DNA of 61,799 bases, filler included, from Choristocarpus tenellus KU-1152 (Eukaryota > Protista > Phaeophyceae), in NCBI GenBank assembly GCA_964200185.2. It is 15 parts of 15 records of this genome, joined end to end, with 100 filler letters (N's around TTAATTAATTAA, not from the genome) between each part and the next. Parts side by side here need not be neighbours in the genome. Positions count along the whole stretch, not along the records: positions 7,778 to 11,866 come from CAXNAD020016282.1; positions 11,967 to 15,229 come from CAXNAD020021180.1; positions 15,330 to 17,899 come from CAXNAD020026688.1; positions 18,000 to 22,291 come from CAXNAD020015256.1; positions 22,392 to 26,383 come from CAXNAD020016772.1; 10 more parts are not named here. One strand, written 5' to 3'. Below, piece by piece: positions 11,556-25,355 of the stretch. Under the pieces are notes generated by a model that saw nothing but the letters and a program-made list of their open reading frames with translations, made no database searches and was not told where the DNA came from. Made by a program: the position numbers and the translations under genes. The first letter of the stretch is position 1; every line of letters starts with the position of its first letter.

Positions 11556-11966
11556 GTATGAGGAGTCGTTGGGGTGATGCAGTGGATGTCCTATTGTGTC
11601 TGCTTTTTATGTTTTTATGTGGCTGGCTTGTTGGAAGGTAAAGTTCATGTATGTTATGAAGGTGTGTGTGTCTTGATTTTACTAAGGGGTATGATAAGTA
11701 AGACGGATATAATGTGAGCCTCGCTCTGTCTATCAGTTGTTCAGAAAATGACTTTGGGAGTTGGGGGGGTGGGGGGGGGGGGGGGGGGGGGGGGGGCCCA
11801 AAAAATTGTAGAATTTTTTTATTCTTTTTTTTTTCCAACAAAAAAATGGGGGGAAAGGCAGGGGGGNNNNNNNNNNNNNNNNNNNNNNNNNNNNNNNNNN
11901 NNNNNNNNNNTTAATTAATTAANNNNNNNNNNNNNNNNNNNNNNNNNNNNNNNNNNNNNNNNNNNN

Positions 11967-14900
11967 GTGGAGGTGTGGGGGGGTAGGGTAACATGGGTTC
12001 CTCACGGGGAGAGGGTCACAGGAGGATCGCAGTGTCAAGTGGAAGGTCATGCTACAATGAGACCCCAAGACTGGAGAAAAGGTGAACCAATGTGTTTAAT
12101 GAATACTGTGTTTAATTTTCTCTGTATAAAGGGAATCATGAGAAGAGGGACATTTTTTTCTGTTGGTTTAATACTGAGTATTAGAGGGTTAGGGTTAGGG
12201 TTAGGGGAGGAGGCAGGGGGTGTAGTGCTGAACAGACTGTGATAACAAGTATGAATGATAGGCTGGTATACTTTTGCAGTCAGGTCACACACAACATACT
12301 GGTATTCCTACTATATTATCTCTTGTTTTATATTATTATTTATTATTATTCATTTTGAGTAGGTGTGTTACTATATTGCTACACTCATGAATGTGCACCC
12401 CTTCTCACCATATGTGTGTGCTTCTTTTATCTTTAATTGTTGTTCCTATAGTAGTATACTACAGTACATAATATCAGAAGTGATATACAACAAAGATTAG
12501 GGTCAGTGTTAGGGTTAGGGTTAGGGCTGGCGACAATCTTGGAGTGACATAGCGCAGGGCCTGACCTTTTGCAGTTGTTTACTCATGTTCTTGTTTTCTC
12601 TACCAGGGCTCTTTTGGATATTTTTCTGTTATTTAATTTTGTTTTTTAGTTTTGTTATTTAATTTTGTTATTTCAGTAGGTGTGCTACGCATACAAAGTC
12701 CTTTGTGAGGAAAGGTCAATGATGTTGGTTAATTTGGGAGTTACGATGGCGTGTATTGTTAGCCCCTAAGTTTTATTGTTATCGTTTGTATTCTTGCAAC
12801 CTTCCTAACCCTAACCCTGGATTAATCTTGATACGATATTTTGTTTGGTGTCCATTGTACATAATGCGTGTTGATTTTTTTTTATTCTTTGCCTTTCTTG
12901 ACCTTTTTTGTGTTAATGCCATGGTGTGGTTTCTTGGGACCAGGTAATGCCATGGAGCAAGCTGGATGGTTGGGTACAGCGTGGTATGGACTGGACAGGA
13001 GAGGACAGGGCTGGGGCACAGCCAAAAGTCCAATTTTCCCTGGGAGGTACGGGTTTGGTCCATTTCTTGTGGTAGTTGGGTACTGTTCACTTGATAGTTT
13101 CCTATGTGTCCTACCTTTTATTCAACCTTCCTCTATCCATAGTTGTGAATAGAAGGGATGTTCCCTGGTATTTCCCCGCCTGTGATCGGGCACCATATGC
13201 CACAACGAAGTGCAAGTCATGTTTACCGCCCCTATCTAGCCTTTTGCATTTACCTTCCCAACTATTACCAATCAGCAAGGTTTAGGGTTAGGGTTATTTC
13301 ACATGCCCTGTACTGTTCCTGACTGAATTGAAACTTTGTTGCACTATCTGTCATTTTATTATTTTGTTCCGATTAGTGTTTGGAGTTCAAACCCTAACCC
13401 TAATCATGTTCACCATTAGTGTGTGCCAGAAACTAAGAGGTTTAATCCAATTTGTTGCAGATGTAGTATGGAGTCCATGGTGGGGGTGTGGAGGTTTATG
13501 ACAGCCTTTCCATGTATCGATGAGCTTGTTTGTAGTTGTAGCTACATCTTACTCAAAAGAGTGATTGTCTAACCCTAACCCTAACCCTAGTAGTCTTAGA
13601 ACTATTGCGGTTTTTACCTTTTCTAACCCTAACCCTAGTAGTCCAGTATTCACATCAGTACGTGCTGTTCTTGCCTTTTCAACTCTGAGTCAATTTCTTG
13701 ACATGTCTTCCAGGGACAAGGGATATGGTACTGGTGCTTGTCTCTCCATTGGTCCCCTGCAAGGTCCATTACCAGTTCCGGCGCCCATTGCATCTCCTGG
13801 ACAAACCTGCTGGTAGGCACTCACCCTGTTAAGGAACGTCTACGTTGTGGATAGCTTTGAAATAGGCAGCATTGTGACAACATGGTAACTGTTAGCATGA
13901 GGAGTTTTTTTTCTGCTCCTTTTTCCTGGTGACACATCTTGGTGACACATCTTGCTTTGTACTATCAGTGGTATTAGAGTGTACTTTGTGTCACTTTCCA
14001 GACATGCCAAGCTTTCATCTCACAATAGTTCTACCTACCCCATACTGAGTAGGTACAGATAATTGGTGGTACAAAATGGTCAGTCCTTGGTCCTTGGTCA
14101 TGATCATGTTTGTACCTGTGTACCTTTTGTTCAAATCTATGCAATAATACTCTTCTCCATTAGATCATGACCAATACAATACAGTATCTGGAGTACACAA
14201 TGAAGTTTTGAGCTTGAGAGTATTATTGGCAATGTGTATGTTATGTTTGATATGTGATAGGGTTAGGGTTAACCCTAACCCCAAGTAAATGGATAAACTC
14301 TTATGCATAAAAGTCTTTTGGAGCACTGATTGACAGTGGGCTTGTTTAGCTTCTTCTTGACTATGGAATGTTTCAAGGGGAAAAGTGCTGGTTCTGCATC
14401 CACCTTGTACCTTTATATGAGTATGGTATCATCACTTCTTCCCATTGTGAATTTTGTGTTAAGTCATGCTTACCATTAGTACAAAATAAAACACCACTTT
14501 ACCACTAATTGCAAACCATTCTACATTGGTTTGAACAGTATGTATAGGGTATAGGGTTAGGGCTTCTTTCTGCCAAGTTGTCTACTGTGATCACTTCCAC
14601 AAGTTTGGGACCTTGTCCATCCCAATTCTCCAAGCAACAATGTATTTATTTTCAATTCAATCATGACTTGTATTTTATTTATGTATTTATTTATGTATTT
14701 TATTTTCAATTCAATCATGACTCGACTTGTCCCGGTACTGAGTGCTGCTACAATTGTTGCAATGCAGGTGGAGTCAAGGTGGAATGCTGTCCTCCAATAG
14801 TCCAGAAAAATCGGACCTCATGAAGTACCCAATTGGGGGGTCAGGTCAAACAGCACCCCTGGTCATGCATGGTCAGCCACGTGACATGATACATGCTAAG

Positions 14901-15229
14901 AAAAAGGAACACAGCAGGACACAGCAACAGGATGGCAGATTTTGTGCATTGGACAAACCATCAGCATCAAGTGGAATGATTGAGGACCCCAATGGAGGAA
15001 GAGTATTGAAAGAGAGGGCTGGGATAGGTGTGCCACTCAAAGAGGAGAGGAACATGGCCATGGGCTATGATACACTGCCACCTGCTGGACCAAAACCGAG
15101 ACCAGAGACAAGGACCTTGCAAGGAGTGGTTGTCTATCCTTACCAGTGTGGTGCCCATGGTATAGGTAATGATAATGAGGTTGTACCTGAGCGCAGGGCT
15201 GGAGCTGATAGAGTCAGTGCCATTTCCAG
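11967..15229 (+). CDS. Unknown protein, four internal exons, partial
   Basis: Exons 11967-12081, 12944-13046, 13714-13812 and 14768-15229 have AG/GT boundaries with matching phases (1,2,2) and give one open frame: VEVWGGRVTW...DWRKGNAMEQAGWLGTAWYGLD...PGRDKGYGTGACLSIGPL...TCWWSQGG... No family recognised. Confidence 0.65.
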
Positions 15230-15871
15230 NNNNNNNNNNNNNNNNNNNNNNNNNNNNNNNNNNNNNNNNNNNNTTAATTAATTAANNNNNNNNNNNNNNN
15301 NNNNNNNNNNNNNNNNNNNNNNNNNNNNNGGAGGGAGAGGGAACTGGAAATGGGCAAGGAGTGTCGAACAAGAGCTGGAATTGGGAGGGGATGAAGAGGG
15401 GATACACATTGCAGGGTAAACACACCACACAAGACTATGCCAACACAACATGCACACGTCTCCTCTGTAGTTTTTGTATCATGTTCTCTGGAGGTCATCC
15501 TTTCCACCTCTCAATCCATTCTGTCACAAAGGGTGAGGGAGGGAAAAGTGGGGGGGGGGGGGGGGGGGGGGGGGAGGGAGAGGGAACTGGAAATGGGCAA
15601 GGAGTGTCGAACAAGAGCTGGAATTGGGAGGCATCAGTGTTCCTTTCCCATGGAATGCATGCACATATGCACTCTTGCCTATAAATTGACATACACGCCC
15701 CCTTTCCCTACTGTGATTCAACCCATAAAATCATGCCTTTCAAGTCACAAAAGACAAAACGGTCAAAATGAACCCTGGTTGGCTATCACTTTATGCATCA
15801 TACATCATACATCATACATCATACACAACACCCTCTTCGACTCCACCATCAAATCCCTCCTCATTACTCAC

Positions 15872-17140
15872 CAGGGAAGACACCATCTCCGACAACATTT
15901 CAAAAATATCTGTACCAGGTGTTCACTCAAAAGAAAAATAATAAACCCTGCATGTTCCTCCCCCCCCCCCAACAAAACTATCTTGCACAATCTAAAACCC
16001 ATTGTTGACAAAAGCCCTCAACAAACTTCACCCCTCATAAAAATCCCCCCATTAAACCCACCATCCTTCGTGCAATCTTCTCCATTTGCTCTTGAAATTT
16101 ATCTGCAGCTTGTGCCATGGCCTGTAGATCCATGCCTGCACAAACATTGCAAGCACCACCCACCGGTAGATGCGTTGCAATTGTAGGTAGTGGTGCCAAA
16201 GAGAATGGGGCAGGGGCAGGGGCAGGGGTAGAACTCAGAAGGCGTGCGCGTGCAGTCTGTGCGAAAGAAGATTTCGACAACTGTTGCTTTTAATTCGAAA
16301 ATAAAAATATTATTGGCGAAAATGACAACCTGGAATTAAAAGAAAAAGATTGATCTTGTTGAAACAACTAGGCAAACAACCATTTTCTTTCTTAAAAGGT
16401 CAGAGATATGCTCCGCACACGGTAATATATCTGAACATCTCTCTTGAACGTATCTGCCAGCAACGCAAGATTCATCCAACACCTTGGGAAGGCATTCATT
16501 ACTTGTAGGTGTCACCTGTCTCTTTGAGTTCTACGTACAGGGGTTTCAGTCTAGACATACACCCTCTTTTGAGCAGTACTTTGGACAGTTTGCGTGGATA
16601 AGAATCAAAAAATGTTCAAACCAATAATGAACGGAGGAAATAATAAAAAACAAATAACAAAAGCAAAGCACACACACACACACACACACACACAAGTGCC
16701 TGAATCGGACTGGTCATATTAAAACGACTTTACAACGCAGGAGTTGGCTGATTTTACTAACATTTATTATCTACCACAAAATACTTTCATTACTATCGAG
16801 AGAAATATGTACATACAATACATTTTTAAAATGCATGCTTGTACCCACATTGAACAATAAATAGCCTTGATTTTAAAAAAACAACCACAGAAACTAAAAA
16901 AAAAACAATACACCACTCTATTGCATCATCATCATCATTATTACATCTGTTTTCAATCACGCCAACCTTGGGCACGCAGCCATAGGACAGGACAGGAGAT
17001 AGGACAGGTGATGCACCACCAAACACAAACACCTGATTGAAATTCAGACTACTGTGACACCTCTGAGTTTCAACCCTCAACATCTCAGGCAAACCAATGC
17101 CGTCCTTGTCAAGCTCGTGACCAAATAAATTGGAAAGAGT
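15872..17140 (-). CDS. Unknown protein, candidate internal exons, partial
   Basis: Candidate exons 17033-17140 (TLSNLFGHELDKDGIGLPEMLRVETQRCHSSLNFNQ), 16062-16280 (LSKSSFAQTAR...FQEQMEKIARRM) and 15872-15909 join in phase 0 with AG/GT boundaries. No family recognised. Confidence 0.45.
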
Positions 17141-18808
17141 CTACCAAATGGGCTTTGAAGGACATAGGTGGGACAAGAATACTGCACTGAGTGTCTGTTG
17201 CATGCAGGGCGGGGGGCTTGAAAAGTCAATTCTCAAAACATCACAGAGCTATTGAACACGCACAGGAGAGGAATTTTTCAATTGACTGCACTTAACAGCT
17301 GGCACATGAAACACTGAATGGGTATGCAATGATCCACTTCTCCACAGAGCAGTATGAACAAATACAAAATTAACTGTCAGATTAACACCATTAATGATAT
17401 AGCAATGGTGACTTAATCAGCAACTGCACACAATCCCCAACACCTATTGGGCACATACGTATACAATAAACCGTTCTTACATGTATCACCGCACTCTCAC
17501 AAAAAACGCAGAGATGAGAAGCAACTCTAAGACACTGTTGAAGTAATAGTGTAACACAACTCATGGCAGTCTCCCATCTATGTCCCACCTTGAGCAGCCC
17601 CGGTCACACCGCCATCCTCTCCAGGTGCAGCAATGTCATCCCACAAATCCTCCTCCTCCTCTCCTCTGCTATTGTTCCTATCGATGCGAGAGAGACATCA
17701 TACCATTCACCATAGAGCAATTAGAGAAAAATAGTTACACTCAGACACCAAAGGAGGGGACAAGATGGCAAGATTTGATGTACTGAGGGTGTATGGCCAA
17801 GAAATGCGATCAGGCAGACAGGATTAAGACTAACATGACAGATACAGGCAAAGGCGGGGGGGGGGGGGGGAGGGGGGGGGGGGCGGCCAAGGAAACCGGN
17901 NNNNNNNNNNNNNNNNNNNNNNNNNNNNNNNNNNNNNNNNNNNTTAATTAATTAANNNNNNNNNNNNNNNNNNNNNNNNNNNNNNNNNNNNNNNNNNNNC
18001 AGTGCACCAATCAACAGTCAGTACAAGCTGGTAGATGTGTATCATATCAACAAGAAACTAATGAGTAGCCTATGTTTTAACACGATACCTGGAGAGAATG
18101 GACAGACCAAAGGGATGTAGATCGCGGGAAATACCATCAATGCTATGGACAATATGTGCTGATATATCCACCTTAGACATATATTTGGGCAGTAGTACCA
18201 GCACACGAGCATCTGCTGCTTAAGGTTATGCATATAGTCCTCCGGGAATGAATGTGGCACAAGCATTTCACTATTTGTTTTTATTACGATGAAGATTATA
18301 TCTGCCTGTTCAAAGATTGATGCAGCGGTGGTCTATGAATGTTTAGAAGTATCCGCAACCTCTTGTATAGGCGGAGAAAATATAGCCACCTGTTCAAGAC
18401 TTGAAGGAGGTCTACAACTTTCTCTACGCTTGGTCATCCCCCTTCTAGCCAGTAGGAACTATATTAACTCTCGAGATCTCTGGTATTCCACAATTCTCAG
18501 TCCCAAAATAATACTTCAAATACGAAGAACAAGACGTTGTGACGACACAGATCGATTTCTTCCACTCTCAATCTTAATTTTAATTTGATCCTCCACCAAA
18601 AAAAAAGTCACTCTCGGACATCGACATCTCGAGGACAGACACGCACCATAAAGAACATACGACATACCAATCTCGTTCTATTCGTTGTAGAGTACTCACG
18701 TACTTCAAAGCACGCGTGCACTTTGGTGGGGCAACATCCAAATACAGATAGGTGATAGAGACAAAAGATAAAAATATATGAGAGGAAGGCTAAGGAAATT
18801 GCTGTTAC

Positions 18809-21800
18809 CTCACTGTCTTGGGTTAGCGGGGCCGTATTGAACAGTTCCTTCAGCCCTTTGACGATTTTTTTGTTTGGGTTCCCTGTCACGTGCACTGTGC
18901 TTTTCACACGGTGCAACTGAAGCGAAAGTCAGGGGGGTAAACGGGTGAGGGGAGAGCGTTGCTGTTTCTGGTCAAGTCGGCTTTGTTATATGTAGACTAG
19001 CTTCGAAGCTTTGTTGAAATTGACAAACGTATCTGTCATGTATAGTCTGACCCTGTTGTGAGTTCGATAAGGACTGGCAAGAAGTAACAAGATCCAGAGT
19101 TATCATGAAATAGCTCCTAGCGAGGTAGGAATTTCGCGTGTCACGATGAGACAATCGGCATTGGTGTTGGTAAATTTGACCAGGGTTAGGGGTGTGTTCA
19201 AACCATCGATGGGTACGACAGAAAAACTGGTACCTACCTACTTATAGCGTATCTGAGAGATGTCGAAAACAAAAAAAGGATGACGTTTCTAAAAGATGAT
19301 CGAAGGATCATTATCTAACCCCATACACTCAACTCTCTCCCCCCAACGTATGTTTAGGGAGAGATACCACTGCTGAAACACTAGGGGTTTACTAGTGTTT
19401 CAACACACACAACCTCCTCCAGTTACGCACATGTTCCTCAACGAAGGTAATCAGGCCTGCGTCACGCACCATCCATAGCAGGTGGATGTTCTTGCTGGTA
19501 GCATACCTGCCCCCAAAGTAGAGCACACACAGGAACAAATTCAGCACACCTGATCCAAGAGTATGATATTCAGCCATGAATAGAAGTCAATATTGGGCAA
19601 CCATAATTTTAAGTCATATATTCCAATGCAGAGTCAGACTGTGCCATGCAGAGCCGAGAATGATACGACATGGACGGTAGTGAGGAGAGGGCGAAGCAAT
19701 GCTTGGCAAGTCTGTTTTGGAGACGGAACTACTGCAAGTGCAGTTATACTTAATGTAGTGGTATGAATATACATGTGCATATCGGTTGCAAACCCAAGAG
19801 TTGTTTTCCCAAGCAACTTTGTCACCCAGTCAATATCTAGAGCTCTAAATATTCTGGAAATATTTACTGTGGGGGCAACGTTGATCCAAAACGCAACATG
19901 TAGCCGTTATAGTTCTACCCCCTTGTAGTATCGTAGAAAAAACATGCGTGTTCACTGATTACTCACCTTTCAATGACAGAGACGACAGGGGTGATCCCAG
20001 CGCCAGTCCCTATCAGCAGAACTGTCGAGAGGAAAAGTGGGGTGAAGGCAGTGCCTTAGGCGGGAGGCACAAAGCATTTGGACACGAGGTCGCCCACTGC
20101 CAAAATTCGCCGCTTGGAAACGAACGCGGAGTTGCCAAAGACAAAATCACTACAATAAAATCAACCACAGCATCTAAAGAGACTGCTCTGTACCCGCTTC
20201 TTTCTTTGAGACACTATAGATACATAGTGCTTCTGAATCTACGAAATACTACTAATCGAGAGATTTATCACAGGAGCAGTTGAAAACAAAACCAGCTGCA
20301 TATCTATTGCCTTTCATGGTACTGAGGTACTGCATGAGATACTAAGCATCACCATTTTCGTAGTAGAGAGTGCTATCGATTGTGCTGGGCAAAGGGGCAA
20401 ATATCCACAAGGGTACACGAGGTTTCTTAAGTCCCAGGAGGAATAGGTCCTTGGTCCAGTCTCCAACCTGCAACGAAATCAGCAGTTTGGGGTTTGGTCA
20501 GGTAGGAGAAGACCTTGCACACCTCCTCGGTTATACCATGGCTGCGTTCTGCACACAGTCTGTGCAGACACCTTGTTAGGAAGTTATGGGACACACTTGA
20601 ACACCAAGTGCATGAAGACCTTCATCCCAACTAAAGTACTCCATACAGACATTCTCAAAATCAATTCGTGGTTGAATCATTACCATAGTTAATTTAAACT
20701 TTAGTATTATGCGGGCCAAGGAGGCAGTGAGCACAATGACATTGATTACGCACTCCCCTCTCACAAGCTCTAGGTGCTTGCTTTACCCTCACCGCTTCTG
20801 CAAAAAACACGGCGGACGGATGTTCCTCAGTCGAACACGGGGCTGCAATAAGAGAGAAAGGATGCCACTCCTTCCGGCTGATCATGGGGCAGTTGATGTA
20901 TGCATACGCCCCTGCTTTAAAGTTGTATCCTCTGACGTAGTAAGCACAAGGGTCAAGGTGAACGTTCACATTGTCAGTGTGTATGGAACTGGAGGATATA
21001 GCTGGTGTCCAAATTACATTAAGTTCAACGACGTTTCCTCTCGCCAAGTGGTATGATGTTAATACGAGGTAAACGATAGGAGGACTTTTTTGTTTTAAAA
21101 GGTCGGTGACAGCATACCTACATATCGCGGTAGCGATGTATTAAGGCTGTACCACTCATCACATCGAAAACGAAGAGCAAGCACGGTGGAGATCCAACAC
21201 TTCAACAATTTGTTCTTCTAAGAAGTCCAGCTCAGACGTCGCAAGACAGGGCACTGAAATTGAATGACATTCACATACACACATCAATTGTATAGGAGGA
21301 ACTACAAAATCATTAACACTATTTTGAAGCTTAAGCAATGGCAAGTTTGGAGAATACCATGCTTTTCAGTGAGGAATAATTGTACAAAAATGACTCATCA
21401 ACAACACTGTTGTAAATGCTGAGCAACAGTAAAATGAGATGAGAGCTTGGTCTTACTTGGGGAGGTCAAGATGCACTGAAGTGATGCGACCCACCGAGGA
21501 GTACACTTGGTGCGGAATGAGATATGTCCTGTGGTGTGGAGATGCCCACAAGGGTCGTCAAGATGGGTAGTCAATGCACACACATGTATGAGTCATACGA
21601 TAGAGCTTCATAACGTTTTGTCATGGCAGTATTCGGGTCTAGAAGCAGAAATTTCCTCATGTATTCAATGGAAAGGGGTTTGTCTCATTGCGGGTCTTAT
21701 AGAGAATCGCAGAGCAAAGGAAGTAATGCAATTCTACCTTTATGCGACAACTGGGATCTAGGAAGCTCGATGGGGGAGTTCAACAGTTGAATTCTAATCT

Positions 21801-22291
21801 ATCCTACTTCTCCTTGTGGCACGTACCGCCTTGTTATGGAGTAAAACCAATCCAGGGTCCACCAGATCGTGACGATGGAACCAACAATGGAGAGTGAACG
21901 GCGGTGAAAGCTGATGCAGATGAGAAGGGGTACTGCCAAGTAGTGCATACCCTTACGAACCTCGTAAGATAACTGGTAGGGGAAGTGACGAGGAACACGA
22001 TATCTCTGGTATGTTAAAAAAAGGGAGGCTATGAGGGCTTGGTAATACACCATCAGAGTGCTCCATCACGAGAGTGAGGCCATGCTGCGAGGGCAGCACC
22101 ATGCTGCTGCCCTTAGAAACGCATCATTCAAGCATAATCCTGGCGGTGAGTTTAAGCATCCAATCCCCATTATAATCTCGAGTTAGAGCCCCTATCCCCC
22201 ACCCGCATATTATGCCAACTAAACAAGTGCATCGCCCACCTTGTTCCTTAGTACAGCATACTTCATGGGAAGGACCACTGGAAAGAGGAGG
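18809..22291 (-). CDS. Ferric reductase / NADPH-oxidase (FRE/NOX) family oxidoreductase, partial
   Basis: Eight phase-compatible exons: 22240-22291, 21827-22005 (membrane region, YEVRKGMHYL...FH), 21457-21528, 20793-20931 (FKAGAYAYINCP...EWHPFSL, FAD-binding), 20353-20467 (VGDWT), 19967-20021 (LLIGTGAGITP, NADPH-binding), 19431-19506 (IHLLWMVRD) and 18809-18916. Confidence 0.9.
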
Positions 22292-22391
22292 NNNNNNNNN
22301 NNNNNNNNNNNNNNNNNNNNNNNNNNNNNNNNNNNTTAATTAATTAANNNNNNNNNNNNNNNNNNNNNNNNNNNNNNNNNNNNNNNNNNNN

Positions 22392-23600
22392 TGCTGGACC
22401 GGACGCCCTTCCGTATGCCCTTGCTCATAGAGCAGCCCGCACATGGCTCCAGCTCACCCACCAATGTAATGCCCATTGAAGTGGCGGTGGACTTGAGCAA
22501 TGCCTCGTGTGCGTGGCCGTAAGAGCGGTGGAAGAGGTTAATGTCGATCTCCGTGTGGGGAGTGTGGGGTGCAAGCGAGGGGGCTATAGTGGCCTTTATA
22601 GCAACTTCAGGATTTCGATCTGGTCGCGGCAATATGCGTTGACCATGGAGGGTGTAATGGCAACCAGGATCTCTTGTGAAGATAAGTATTCCATTGAACA
22701 ACGAGAATGCACTGGCTGTGAAAATTCCTTTCGCACCCTTAACAGCTGCGGCTTGGCAAGAAAAAAGATTGAATCCAAGATCGGGGACATGAGTGACATT
22801 TTGAAGGAATATTTCTACCTCTTTGTTGTCACATGACGGAGACAAGATGATTAGATCACCATGACCAGCGATGCAAAAGGAATTTTGGCTGGCAGTGACT
22901 ACCCTTTGGTCTCCAACACAAGGCTTGTAATTTGTCATGGATTTTACCATATTTGTCATGTGACATGAAGCCACACTGCAAAATCCATTCTTCTTTCTCG
23001 CGGCCAACCCCAACCATTGACACCAAACATTCGTTTTCCCCACACTTGCCTGAAGCATTGCTGCTCGGAGAGTCCTCAGTGGTGGCCAGTTGTGCGTATC
23101 GCTCGTTGTCGCCACAGCTGGTGATACTTTCCACAGTAATGTGCGAAGGATTCGACTCGGTCTCCATCTCTTCTTTCCCAGACTGCACCGTAGTCAAGAA
23201 CACCGCAGTACATGTTGTAGCATCATGGGCACGTCCACCACATTTGGTGCAAAAGCGGTTTGGGCAAGCTGTCTTCTCATGTCCATGCTTTCCACATCTC
23301 TCACAAGAAATCTTCTCGGAACGTTTTGGGTTGGAATTAGAACCATGTTTCTTTCTTCCACCATTAAATTTACGTTCGGCGCCGCGACCTTCGCCATTGC
23401 GATGAGATTGACTCTTCCCTTGTGGTGAACTGTTAACAACCAAAGCATGGCTGTTCTTCTGTCTTGAGTCCTTCCCCTGATGAAGGGAAGCATATCGCTC
23501 TCTGGCAGTTTTATCTACGTCTGCTCGACATAGTGTTCTCTGCGAGGCCATCACGTGCATCTTGGTATCGTAATCTGATCCGAGAGCACTTGTCACAGGC
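22392..23600 (-). mobile_element. Decayed Ty1/Copia LTR-retrotransposon gag-protease-pre-integrase
   Basis: Two CCHC knuckles (CERCGKHGHEKTAC, CTKCGGRAHDATTC), a frameshifted protease site (EWI...ASCHMT), LQNVTHVPDLGFNLFS, and GAG-pre-integrase FHRSYGH...LVGELEPCAGCSMSK. Protease followed directly by integrase is Copia order. Confidence 0.9.
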
Positions 23601-23878
23601 GATATGTCTTGATGGCGGTTTTATAAACACTATTATGACATTGAAGTTCTAGATTTGATATATTTGTACTTCTTGATGATTATTTATTTATTATTTTTGG
23701 TCATTATGGTCCCCGATTGTGATAAGACATCGTTGATCAGTTCCTTTTTATATGATGATCTTGACGATAATCCAAGTGAGAGAGATCCAGCATACTTGAC
23801 GAGTTGTGCATCAGGAGTCCTATATGTACATCAGCATCATCTATAAGACCGTAAATTGGAGCTATACATCCTGTAGAG

Positions 23879-24570
23879 GTAAGCTTTCTGGGGTGCCTGT
23901 AACATGGAGGTCAAACCGAGACTGGAGGTCAAACCGAGACTGGAGGTCCTACCGCCTCTCTTCAAACATTTAGGATTCCTTGCTTGTTCTACCTGGATTG
24001 TTTTCTTATTCCACCTGGATTCCTTTCTTGTTCCGAGCCAGAGTATCTTAGAGGGTAGGGGCGCGTCCATTTTGGGGTCAAAATCCAATGTTCCGATTTT
24101 GATGAAAATTTGGTTAGCCTGTTTGTCAGGAAGTGTCAGTATCCTTGTTCTAGACACACCTTTTCATAACATACATTTTACGTACTCCAAATATTTCAAA
24201 GTAGGAAAAAGGCATTTAAAAAAAAACATGAGAAGTCAAGCCCCAAATGGACAAACAGGGCAAATCTCGTACCCTCTAAGATACTTTCACTCTTCGACCT
24301 GGGTTTGTGGTATTCATTCTTCATCTACGGGATTCCCTCCTTGGGCTCGTCATCTTCATGGGTCTGAGGGCTTCTGTGGCTCTGAGGAATCGCCCCTCTC
24401 TAGCTGTAAAAAGATTGGCTTCTGATCGCCACATTATCCATCTATAGTCGTAAACGAGTGGTTTTCGACTGCCATAGTATAGACGTTGCCTAGGTAGTTC
24501 TTCCTCACCATTCGTACACTCACATTCCCGATCTGTTTTTCGTGTATCACGCTGTTCTTTTATCCCACAG
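23879..24570 (+). repeat. Copy 1 of a duplicated GT...AG-bounded unit (contains MITE B and 3 x 22-bp units)
   Basis: Colinear with 25356-25889, from GAG|GTAAG to CCACAG|GTT. Confidence 0.8.
24035..24292 (-). mobile_element. MITE family B, full-length, 4-bp TSD TTCC/TTCG
   Basis: TIR GAGCCAGAGTATCTTAGAGGG...CCCTCTAAGATACTTTCACTC. The paralogous empty site at 25611-25628 (TTCCACCTGGGTTTGTGG) shows that exactly 4 bp were duplicated. Confidence 0.9.
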
Positions 24571-25355
24571 GTTTAGTTGGAACTGTGTCCCTAGGTTTAA
24601 AAAAACTGGCAGAATGGGAACAGAGTCGGAACTGGAGTCCCTAGATTGCAAAAAAAACTGGCAAGAGTCAGAACTGGAGCCCTAATGTCGCCATGTGGCA
24701 ATTAATACATTCTACCACAGCACGATTCGAGGTGATAGATGATATTTATTGTCCTAACCTGTGATAATCGCCTGTGGTAAGCGTGAAGCATTTATTCCTA
24801 GTTCACGCTGGGGGGCATGTTACAGGTGAATAGCATGTCCACCTTTTTGCATTCCAACCAGTGTGAGTAGCCTTGTTTTGACATTTACTATATCTTATGT
24901 GGTTTTAAGACATTTTTGTTTGTATTTGAGACATGATTTGTTACAGGCGAATAGCGCGAGTACTTCTTCCTGTGCTTTAACCGGCACGAGCAGTATACGC
25001 GCGTGGGGAGCCCCAAAAGGGGGAACTCCGATTTTCCTAAAAGTTGCAAAATAAACTGTAACTCGGGTAGTTGTAGAGGGTCACGGATGGATGGTCGGAA
25101 AGGGTTCTCAGATATATGCCAGTATCTGTAAACCCGAACAAACCCCAAACGGCAACTGATGATTAGAGTTCCTCAAAACGGCTCAAAGCGGCTTAGTTCT
25201 TCTGACCTAAAAATACCCACATAGTTCACTCTCTATCTGATATCGAAAATTATACATGTTTGTTATGCTGATTAAGTCATTTGAGAGTACCCTCGTTCTG
25301 CTGAGCTGACATTCGTTAATCTGTGAATTGGACTTGACTTGTACATCCTGTGGAG

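Noticed and set aside
15330-15631. 59-bp direct repeat at 15330 and about 15572
   Set aside because: One copy abuts the contig start and the other follows a poly-G tract, so it may be an assembly duplication.
17590-17680. Candidate exon with in-frame TGA (possible selenocysteine or readthrough)
   Set aside because: Another frame is fully open (EEEEDLWDDIAAPGEDG), no SECIS was seen, and its link to the downstream exons is unresolved.
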